A stretch of DNA of 61,144 nucleotides, the filler included, from Asterionella formosa (lineage: Eukaryota), in assembly GCA_002256025.1 (NCBI GenBank). It is 4 parts of 4 records of this genome, joined end to end, with 100 filler letters (N's around TTAATTAATTAA, not from the genome) between each part and the next. Parts side by side here need not be neighbours in the genome. Positions count along the whole stretch, not along the records: positions 30,632 to 45,839 come from NKIB01005550.1; 3 more parts are not named here. The stretch is one strand, 5' to 3'. How positions within the stretch are numbered: the first letter of the stretch is position 1; each line of letters starts with the position of its first letter. A program made the position numbers and the translations under genes. This document shows, in pieces, positions 36,699-45,939 of this stretch. Below the pieces are notes generated by a model. That model saw only the letters and a list, made by a program, of their open reading frames with translations. It ran no database searches and was not told where the DNA came from.

Positions 36699-37856
36699 AT
36701 GCAGGTTGCGAATCGAGCGGAACAAAGGAAACGAATACGAAGGCAAACTTGCCTCCGTACAAGCTGCAGTAGGCTCGTCATGCCTTTCCTGCTTGTCGTT
36801 GTAATGACCTGCTGTCCATCCAACTCACCTTGCACCGGGGAAAGTCCTCTTTTTGGAAAATTCGCTTGTGCTCTGGAGCGAGAAACAGAGAAAAAGGCAG
36901 AAAAGAGGTTAGCAGCTTCAGTTGTTACCAAGGTCCGAGTTGTGGACAAAACTACCGGCAAAGAGGTTACATCAGGCGAACGGACCATGACATTGAATCA
37001 TATTCTCATTAGAGCAGGGAAACGAGGATTAGGAGGTGGACTCCCTGGAGCAATTGCTGGCATCGTTCAAGTCCTGACTCTCATGTGGATGCGCACTATT
37101 ATCAACTATCAAAGTCGGTATGGGACAACCTTTCGACAGGCTTTGGCCAGCTTGATGAGCGACGGAGGTATTCCAAGATTTTATCGAGGTCTCCCTTTCG
37201 CATTGGTTCAAGCTCCCTTGTCACGTTTTGTGAGCACTGCCGCTAATGACGGTGTCGAAGCGCTTTTGGCGAGTTTTGATCTCACCAAGAAATGGGGACC
37301 CGGTAGAAGTACTATTGTTGCTAGTTTTGTTGTGGGGTTGTGGAGAATGGCTTTGATGCCAATTGATACATGTAAGACTGTCTTGCAGGTGGACAGCTCT
37401 GAAGGATTTCGCAATTTGATGCGACGGGTGAAGGCTGGCAGGATTGGGGTGCTATATCAAGGAGCCGTTGCAAACGCGCTCTCGTCGTTCCTTAGCCACT
37501 ATCCGTGGTTTTATACCTACAATTTGCTTTCGAAGAATGGAGCTTTGGATCTTTTAATCCCTGTCAAGCTGGTACGCAATGCGGCCATTGGAATGTTAGC
37601 CAGCGTTGTAAGCGATACTTTTGTTAATTGCATACGAGTGATCAAAACTACAAAGCAAGCTGTGGGTTCAAAGCACAATATAAGCTACGCTGACACTGTC
37701 CGCATGATTTTGGCCGCTGACGGCTGGAAAGGGCTTTTTGGTAGAGGGTTGCTAACACGAATCATGGCTAATGCCTTGCAATCAATCGTTTTCACTATTA
37801 TTTGGAGAGGCCTCTCAGAGCATTGGAAAAAGACTGACGATGAAAGGACAAGTTAA
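36699..37856 (+). CDS. Mitochondrial carrier (SLC25/Solcar) family-like transporter with N-terminal extension
   Basis: PIDTCKTVLQ signature, GGIPRFYRGL, IGVLYQG, DGWKGLFGRGL; three-fold repeat organisation. Start uncertain. Confidence 0.85.
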   Translation: MQVANRAEQRKRIRRQTCLRTSCSRLVMPFLLVVVMTCCPSNSPCTGESPLFGKFACALERETEKKAEKRLAASVVTKVRVVDKTTGKEVTSGERTMTLNHILIRAGKRGLGGGLPGAIAGIVQVLTLMWMRTIINYQSRYGTTFRQALASLMSDGGIPRFYRGLPFALVQAPLSRFVSTAANDGVEALLASFDLTKKWGPGRSTIVASFVVGLWRMALMPIDTCKTVLQVDSSEGFRNLMRRVKAGRIGVLYQGAVANALSSFLSHYPWFYTYNLLSKNGALDLLIPVKLVRNAAIGMLASVVSDTFVNCIRVIKTTKQAVGSKHNISYADTVRMILAADGWKGLFGRGLLTRIMANALQSIVFTIIWRGLSEHWKKTDDERTS

Positions 37857-38035
37857 GTGGATCACCTTTGAACGACAGTGGTGAGGAACAATAAACTGGC
37901 ATTTTTTCCGCTCTGTTTTGAACAGACAAGGAATTTCTTGTTGAATGTTGACATGTGCAGTAGTATAGGTATATAATTGTGATAGCATACTCCAACGAAC
38001 AGTCCGAGAAAAGGAGAAATATATTAAATGAATAT

Positions 38036-41000
38036 TCAAGCCTCTGAAACTTTTACTTCAGTGAGTAATTGATAGCGAAAACATGCTAACGAAAGCTGTT
38101 GTACAATTGTTCTCAGCTGTTCTTTCTTTTTCTGAATAGCTTGAATGATAGCGACCCCATGTTCGAGTATAAGATTAGCAAGTACAAGGTCAGTGACTGC
38201 TCGGATCTCGTGGCGGTAACCGGCGTGTCTTGAAATGTTGTCCAAAGCTGGCAACAGCCCACGCAGAATTACTACCATTCTATCTTTGTCGACGCGGAAG
38301 CTAGGTGTAGAGCAATCAGCCCTGATCGAAGCTCCTACCTCCTTCGCCGCATCTACAAAACATCTGGGAAAAAGATTGATGCTTTTCTGTACCCTCTTCA
38401 CGAATTCATCGCCTGCAACCACGAAAACAAATAGTGTCGTAGACTCGAATTGACCTCCGGAAAAAGTCTTCATTGCGATTTTCGGAAAAAAGCCCTGGGA
38501 TTCTTTCACTATCAAGGAAAAGAATGCGTTGTCATTTGTTTCTGGAAAAAGGTTAGTGAGATTCAACGGAAGCGATATATTTACATGTCGTTTTTGCATG
38601 ATGGAAGAAGTCCCGTCTGTCAACTGAGACTTGGGTAACGCGAACGAGCGATACACAATGTTGCTTAGAGCCTCCGAAGTTCTCGAATCTCCTTCAATGT
38701 GTGTGAACATTGTTACTGGATGCATAAGCGCCGCTTTGCAGCATTCACTTTCGCATTGTGCGTATCTGAGCTCCAAATTCTTTACACTGCCGAACTCGTT
38801 CGCAATGTTTTGTGCCAGCTTCCATGGTACGCCAGCATTTGTCAATCGGTCCGAAAGAATCGCACGCTTATCCCCTTTCGAAGCATTGAAGTGGGAGGAA
38901 TCTTTACAAATAGAATCCAGCGAAATTGCCATCAATCCCAATGCACCGATTGCTCGATGGGTTCCTTGCTCGTTTTTTGTCTGAATGAAATTTGCAGATT
39001 TGTGTGATAATATAGCCTTACCAAAAAAGCAATACAATGACTCTTCGTCTTCGACAATGGTCATCAGAGGATCTCTTCCCTCAAGCAACTGGTGTCCGTA
39101 TGCGGAGAAACCCTTTGCAGTTTTGGGGTCACCTTCAATCAGAAATATGGAGTGTTGAAAAATGTCCCGCATTTTGGTAAACTGCTTCCAGTGATCACCT
39201 TTCACTGATCTAGACACAATATCACTTATCCGCTTTCGTTCTACGCCGATATCGAGGCGCCTTCTAGTATCCAAATCATTGCCTACAAAAAAAGCGTAAT
39301 CCCCATGTTGCAAAGCCGCCTCCTCGACAATCGCTGTAGGCGTGTGCTTGGGCCACACGTCGTAAATTGGACCACTAGTCATATGACGAGTGAGTTCAAT
39401 CCGAAGCTCACGTGGTGTAGCGTCACGGTTTCGTTCTCGACTATCAATAACGATTGTCAACTGCGTATAGCAATCATTTTCATCATGTGATACTGGCTTG
39501 ATGACATCAAAAGTAGACTGCTGGGATTCGCCAAACTCAAAATCATTACTCTTGTCGTCGTCACTTTCACCAATCTCGATAATTTCATATATTTGCATAG
39601 TTCCTTTTGCTGCCTCGCTAGTTTTGGAGAAGATTCCTTGGGTCATTAAACTGTCGGTCTCATTTCCATTATGCAACACCGTTGGCGAAGCAGGTGCCTT
39701 GATCTTGGATTTCTCTTCATGAATATCAGCTTCATGTTCACTGTCATCTAAAATGATGACTTCTTGCGCTGATATTATTTTTTTCATCCTTGCCGTTGCA
39801 ATGGCGCTCGCCTTAGAATGCATGGCTGAAGCAGCATGTGATAGTGATTCGGGCCCTGAAATATTATTTTTCACGTTGTCTCGTTCCTCCGCATTGCTCT
39901 CCAAGAAAGAATTAACGAGCTTCCGCTGAGCATTGACAGGGTTCGAAATACATGCCAGAGACGGTAACTTTCGGTTGTAAGCGCCTTCACCTTCGTCACT
40001 GCTCTCAAATAGGGCCAAAAAAATTGGTTTGACTAGTTTTGTCGGAGGAGTTTTTTGCTCGGCTTCGTTCTTTTCATATTCTTCGTCGTCACTGTCCCAT
40101 ATGCCATCAAGGCTTTTCCCAAGGACAACGGAAACTTTTGATAGCGGTTTTGATCGCGCGATATCACACGAAACAACATGATGTTCGTCATCTTCACTGC
40201 TTGAATTAACATCATACCAGTCATCACCAATTGAGCTTGACTTTGTCGACTCAATGGCATGCCTCTTGCGTACACGCAATGAATGTGAATTATTCTTCAG
40301 TTTTTCCCTTCCTACTAGTGAACGCTTCGCGACTGGGATTGGAAAAATCGAACGTTGCAGGTACGAAATCATTTCATGAGATATCTCAATGTCAGGCTGC
40401 CGATCTAAAATTATTTGAATTGTTCCATATTTTTCCTCGTCAAAATTTTCCAACCGATGGCGCAATTGCAGTCCGGATATTTCTTTTGTCATAAAATCAC
40501 AGATATCATGCAGGCAACTTCTGCGATCTGACCCAACCTTGAACTTTTTGATGGAAAATCGAGGTGCTGATTTGCACCAATCACACAATTCCTCCATATC
40601 TTGCTCCTTAAACATTGACCTGGAAGTCCCCCTTCTCTTGATATTGGAGATATAAGTAGATAAATCCTTTGTAAAAGGAGGTGGATTAGAAGGCCTTGGT
40701 TCCTGGGTCTTTGAGAGGAGAAGATCATCTGGAGGAAACTTCGCTAACAGGGCCTCCGTAAATTGTTCTCCATCCCTTGTCAAAGTGTAGGTACTTTCTT
40801 TAAGATGTTCTCTTTGCGTGAGAATGAGCTTATGCGAAGAAAGAGTGGAAAGGCTACTAATTCCAGCATGCATGATTCCCTGTAAAAAGTTCGTTTCCAT
40901 TGGCTCGTTACAATGGTTCTGTCCGAGCCTACAGATTTCTGTTCTCGTCAAAGTTTTCGTCTGTGAGTGATGGAAGGCCATAAGAATAGCATATGATCCT

Positions 41001-41362
41001 CCTCCCTTTCCCATTCGTTTCAAAAACGGATCATGGAGAAACGGGTTTTGCTTTTCAGTGAAATATTGAGCCTCTTCCACAGTCATGGGTTGGTAGCAAG
41101 GTGGGTAAATAGGTTCTCGTCCTTGAACGATCGCATAGCAGAGATCTCGGACAGTCTGTGTCTTGAAGTTCAGTGGCATTCCATGAATGTTGCCCGTGGA
41201 ATCATGGACCCAAATGTCACGCCGTTCTCTCACAATATCTTCAATTCCATTTCGCCAAGTATGTATCGAACCATTTGCTTCTCTTCTCGCCTGTTCATAT
41301 CGAACCTCCAACGCCTTCTTGAGATCTTCGTTCCATGCTTTGACATGAGTGGGTTTCTTCAT
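38036..41362 (-). CDS. MUS81-like ERCC4 structure-specific endonuclease with N-terminal helical domain, winged helix and R3H-like domain (~1108 aa)
   Basis: ERCC4 motifs IVIDSRE, LQHGDY, VERKRISD, LIEGD; MUS81 WH-like SYAILMAF...TRTEI...C...TL..HKLI...YTLTRDG; R3H-like DRRSCLHDICD. First ATG at 41362. Confidence 0.82.
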   Translation of the reverse strand: MKKPTHVKAWNEDLKKALEVRYEQARREANGSIHTWRNGIEDIVRERRDIWVHDSTGNIHGMPLNFKTQTVRDLCYAIVQGREPIYPPCYQPMTVEEAQYFTEKQNPFLHDPFLKRMGKGGGSYAILMAFHHSQTKTLTRTEICRLGQNHCNEPMETNFLQGIMHAGISSLSTLSSHKLILTQREHLKESTYTLTRDGEQFTEALLAKFPPDDLLLSKTQEPRPSNPPPFTKDLSTYISNIKRRGTSRSMFKEQDMEELCDWCKSAPRFSIKKFKVGSDRRSCLHDICDFMTKEISGLQLRHRLENFDEEKYGTIQIILDRQPDIEISHEMISYLQRSIFPIPVAKRSLVGREKLKNNSHSLRVRKRHAIESTKSSSIGDDWYDVNSSSEDDEHHVVSCDIARSKPLSKVSVVLGKSLDGIWDSDDEEYEKNEAEQKTPPTKLVKPIFLALFESSDEGEGAYNRKLPSLACISNPVNAQRKLVNSFLESNAEERDNVKNNISGPESLSHAASAMHSKASAIATARMKKIISAQEVIILDDSEHEADIHEEKSKIKAPASPTVLHNGNETDSLMTQGIFSKTSEAAKGTMQIYEIIEIGESDDDKSNDFEFGESQQSTFDVIKPVSHDENDCYTQLTIVIDSRERNRDATPRELRIELTRHMTSGPIYDVWPKHTPTAIVEEAALQHGDYAFFVGNDLDTRRRLDIGVERKRISDIVSRSVKGDHWKQFTKMRDIFQHSIFLIEGDPKTAKGFSAYGHQLLEGRDPLMTIVEDEESLYCFFGKAILSHKSANFIQTKNEQGTHRAIGALGLMAISLDSICKDSSHFNASKGDKRAILSDRLTNAGVPWKLAQNIANEFGSVKNLELRYAQCESECCKAALMHPVTMFTHIEGDSRTSEALSNIVYRSFALPKSQLTDGTSSIMQKRHVNISLPLNLTNLFPETNDNAFFSLIVKESQGFFPKIAMKTFSGGQFESTTLFVFVVAGDEFVKRVQKSINLFPRCFVDAAKEVGASIRADCSTPSFRVDKDRMVVILRGLLPALDNISRHAGYRHEIRAVTDLVLANLILEHGVAIIQAIQKKKEQLRTIVQQLSLACFRYQLLTEVKVSEA

Positions 41363-42300
41363 ACCGGATGAGTGCTGCAAAAAGGGATTTCTTTCGCACG
41401 TCGTCGCCCCATTAACATTCTCCCCTGCAGTGGATGGTTGATCAGGAATCACGAACCAAACGAAGTCAAGACAATCTGAAGTACCGATAGATTTACCGGA
41501 ATCTCGTACTACCGGTATTATGTTTTAAATATCATAACACGACTGGGGGTAGAATTTTCCTGTTGTTGCTTTATTACATTATTAGAAAATGGCAGTTGTT
41601 GATTTGGTATTTTTCATGTTCTTTTGATACATAGATGCTACGCTCTTTCTGACTTGTCGTACAACCAGGGTAAGGAAGGTCCGGTTAAACACTTTTTAAC
41701 TTTGACAAAGATAAAGCTAAATATCTCGATTACTGGACCTTCCTTGGTTTTAGAAAATGGCAGTTTATGGCGATTCTTGCTTGCCAGTGACTGTACCGTT
41801 CTCCCTCTTGGCGAAAGCAAAATTGCATCAATTCTTAAAATTTCTCCGGGGCCATTTTGCCTCCTACGATTTTCTCCGGCTCAAGTACCTGGTACCAGGT
41901 ACCCTGGTGCCCTAATGAGCGGAATCACATGAGCTACAGATTCCTAAATAATATTTATATATACATTTTAAATTGGCAACTACGTGTAAAAAAACGTTTT
42001 TGGGCTTTTTCGATTTTCACTTTTGGCTACTATCTCGAGCAAAATGTAGATGCATGAGGACCCAATTTTCTTTGAACCATCTACCGTATTCTCAACATAC
42101 ATACAAAGCACGATATAGTCTATTGAGTCTTGTTCTTGCATGATTACTCAAGTCATCCTGAACAAGACATCTCACACATCCCGATCTTGCTTGCTTAGAC
42201 AATAAGTAAGCATATTTGTTTGTCAATAAGGGGATTGCATGTCTTGGTTTCTAATCAATAAAAATATTAATCCTTGACTCTTTGGATTCCATTTATTTTA

Positions 42301-42930
42301 TCACCCTCCCTGATCTTGAAACCAACAGTCCATAGTCCCATTCATAATGCGACTTGCATGAGTGTCATGAAATTTCTGAATGGCATTCTTTGAGAATAGG
42401 TCTTCAGGATTCTTCAAAGTATTCACATAATCAACTCTAAATCCCCAGCCTGCACCTTTTCTCAAATGAAATGATATCACATCAATGTGAACCAACCTGT
42501 TGATTCTTTTATAAATAGATTGCACTTGTATTGTCTTCATCAATAATCATTTCCACATATTCAACTTCATTGAGTAGACTCATTATAAGCAAAGTTTGTT
42601 TCCTTTGATCAATCTGATAGTGGCACATGCTCTGCTTCAGTACTGGAGGCAGTAACAATCTTTTGTCCTTTATGAATCCAATTCACTAGGCATGCACCAC
42701 CCATTTTACCCAAATATGTAGCTGACTTCAATGTCTTGAACTTGTAATTCATGCGGTGATCTCAATTTCAATTTTCTGTTTCTTTCATCAGTTGCAATGA
42801 ATCCTAACAAACGTTCAACAGCACTTCAATGGGCCTCTACTGGATTCTCTAAATGTTGGGAAAGTTTCCAACATGCATTTGCGCATCATACTTGTCCAAC
42901 TTTCTTCTCAAAATACAACAGTTTACCAAT
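42301..42930 (-). mobile_element. Ty1/Copia retrotransposon remnant: RT C-terminus, RNase H, polypurine tract and start of 3' LTR
   Basis: GKLLY...CANACWKLSQHLENPVEAH*SAVERLLGF (RT); LVNWIHKGQKIVTASSTEAEHVPLSD, EDNTSAI, RVDYVNTLKNPEDLFSKN (RNase H); PPT AGGGAGGG at 42311-42304 directly followed by TG at 42303. Confidence 0.85.
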
Positions 42931-43346
42931 CATGATAAAACGATTTTTTGTTTGAGCCTGAGTGTGCGTGGGCCTGAGTGTTGGTAGTAGAGTCAGAGGC
43001 TAATACTGTTGCATTGGATTGTGAAAACGCCCACTGTGACATGAGCACATGATTTTGATCTGTTTGACCTTGTATTTGTGCTCATGGTGTTGGAGCTACT
43101 TGCTGCCTCGACTGACATAGAGTGCAACGGTTTGGTATCATTGTTGTTATGTTGTAGTGATTTGGTTCCGCTTGTATATCCTCCTGTAGTAGCGTTCCGC
43201 CATTGGTATTTTTGACAGCTGGAGCGACTTTCGCCATGGTGAATTACTGCAAGCTTAATCATATCTTCGTGCGAAGAAAACCGTGTGATGGGCAGATGCT
43301 TGCACTGTAAATTATCCACGTAGGAATTATTTAATTGCTAGCCTAA

Positions 43347-45160
43347 TTATATGATGCATCCGGAATTATTGCTTTGTTGATGGTGTTGCCTTGCTGGCAG
43401 CTTGCTACACTGTTGCAAATGAGGAGTTCTTACATCTAGCTCACTGGAAAAAAATTCTGGAAGAAGGTGACGGTGCCACAAGGAGTTTTGCATGGTATAT
43501 GATTCTTGCACTGCATGTGCCAAATCAACTGTTTCCAGTATAGTGATAGCCATAGCAGTGGACTCCTTTACTGCTGTTTCCATGGCATCCTGCAGTGCAC
43601 AAGGCTTTAAACTAGCTGTCATAGATTCTTGAATTGCGACATTCAAATCATTATCTTGCCTTATTGGAGATTCATTCGAAATATTCATTTCCATGGATGC
43701 TTACAGCGCCCAATTTAAGTCAGCATCATCTACAAATGAGGGTGATTTTGCTTTAGTTTCCAACGCCCCTGCCTGTCGTGCTATGGCTGCATAAGCAGCA
43801 GCCTGACCAGGAGTTATTCGCTTCTGTTTGGTTGGTGATGATCCTCCCAGAGTGAAAGCATCTCCGGAAAAGACTCGCTTGGATGTAGTTGAAGCGGAAA
43901 GTGCGAAATTAGGCACAGCGGAATTTTGGTGATCAGGCAGAAAAGTTACAGCTTGAGACATATGAGCCTTGTTAGGGCTGCTGCTGCCGGCTTTTGATAT
44001 CATTCTGACCTGCAACGCACGTTGGCAACCAGTGCCAGCTGAGCTGTGGATTAGCTTGAGACCAGGCATGTTGAGTTGGTATTTATCACAAGCATCATGC
44101 AGAGCTTTTCGTCGATCCTTTGGTATGCTGAATGTTTTGACATTTCCAACATGAGCTGTCATGATCCAATCAAAGAGTTGCTCTTCATCTATTCCTTTAA
44201 ACGGATTGGAAGTCAGATTTCTAGTGGCTGGAGATTCAATTCCCATCACACCAAATTCCCTCATATCAGCATTCATAAAAGCTGCTGTATGCAGAGCTTT
44301 TCGTCGATCCTTTGGTATGCTGAATGTTTTGACATTTCCAACATGAGCTGTCATGATCCAATCAAAGAGTTGCTCTTCATCTATTCCTTTAAACGGATTG
44401 GAAGTCAGATTCCTAGTGCTGGCTGGAGATTCAATTCCCATCACACCAAATTCCCTCATATCAGCATTCATAAAAGCTGCTGTAGCAGGTGGACCTGATG
44501 GCAAGCCAAATTCGTTTAACGTGGCCTTTGTGAAGTACTCGCCCTTTTGTGTGATCGAATACATGTATTTTGATTGCATCCATCTAGCTACCAGCATTGT
44601 TTCTTGGGCCACCTCTATAATCCTGAACGATCAATTCATGGTTCTTGAGGGTATCCTTTCCTTTGAATCCTCCGTACATTCTTCCAGCATGATAGTCTTC
44701 CGTCATGTTTTCGTCACAGTACTCCTGACCAAGCTGGCAGAGCTGGTCCTTTGTCAATGATTTGGTCCGAGAAACATGAAAGGCCATCAAGATTGCATAA
44801 GCGCCTGACCGGTACTTTATCCTTTCGAGGTAGGGGTGATTGAGAAAGTCGTTCTCGGATGCAGCGTTCATCTGTTGTAATTGCGTCGCAGTCAACGGTT
44901 CATACCCATCAGGTATTATAGGTTTTCTACCTTCAATGATATCTCTTGCTGTTTCATAGATTGTTTTTTCATCTGGTTTTCAAATTGATGCTCTTTCCAA
45001 GTTTAGTGACATAAATATTCTTGTCCATCAAGGCTTGGAACTTCATCATTCTTTCCTTCCACAAAGTCTTTTTTCCTTCTCTTTTGGCCAGATCATAGCG
45101 AGCCTCAAAGGCTCTAACGAGGTCATCATTCCAGATCTTGGCGTTCCTTGCTGGGGGCAT
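43347..45160 (-). pseudogene. Disrupted tandem paralog of the MUS81-like gene (N-terminal domain, WH, R3H-like, UIM-like repeats; no ERCC4 visible)
   Basis: ATG 45160 MPPARNAKIWNDDLVRAFEARY aligns with HVKAWNEDLKKALEVRY; RSGAYAILMAF; DRRKALHDACD...HSSAGTGCQRALQV. Frameshifts near 44980 and 44610; in-frame TAA at 43703-43701. Confidence 0.8.
44097..44483. repeat. In-frame tandem duplication (192 + 195 bp)
   Basis: Copies start at 44097 and 44289 and differ only by a 3-nt indel and about one substitution. Confidence 0.95.
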
Positions 45161-45839
45161 GATCACCAGTGGAAATTTTAAACTGATATCAGTCGTCACA
45201 ATGTTGATATTCTATGTTGCTTCAGAACATAACGCTATCCTCTAGTCAGCAACCAGATCAGACATTGCACATGAATTGTTAGTGCGACCGCTCAGGTTGT
45301 ATTGCAGGTGGATTCTTGTGAGCAACAAGACATGATCACAATAAAAATGGAAGCTGACAACTGATTTACATAAATACCGGTACCAGGTACTATCATATCC
45401 TGAAGTCTGGCTGATTGATGTGTACAGTACTAGTAAATGCATGTGGTGCATACCACATAAATTTGTTTAATTCTTCTGCAGTCTGACTGCAATGCTAGCT
45501 CTTTCTAGACAAGCTCAGTGTATTAAAACCTTCTGTTCTAATCCCACCTTATTGTGAGCTTATTTGATCTATCTTGTAATCGTTCACATGACCAATTATT
45601 AAGGTTCTCTTCCCAAATTTGTATATAGATATTCATTGTGTTGTTAGACATTCAATTCTCAACTGACAACTCAATTCCACTCACTTAGTAGAACAATCGT
45701 GAATATTCAATGCTATCTGCATTGCATATATACCTTTCCTTCATTGAAATATTGATTACTTAGAACATTCTCCATTCGAATATTTACCTTGGTTTGCTGA
45801 TATAGTTCTTGGCAATCAATGCTGTTCAAATTCTCACAG

Positions 45840-45939
45840 NNNNNNNNNNNNNNNNNNNNNNNNNNNNNNNNNNNNNNNNNNNNTTAATTAATTAANNNNN
45901 NNNNNNNNNNNNNNNNNNNNNNNNNNNNNNNNNNNNNNN
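45840..45939. other. Artificial scaffold spacer N44-TTAATTAATTAA-N44
   Basis: Linker at 45884-45895. Confidence 0.97.

Noticed and set aside
15264..45895. TTAATTAATTAA recurring every ~15.3 kb as a biological periodic element
   Set aside because: It is always centred in exactly 44+44 N, so it is an artificial linker.
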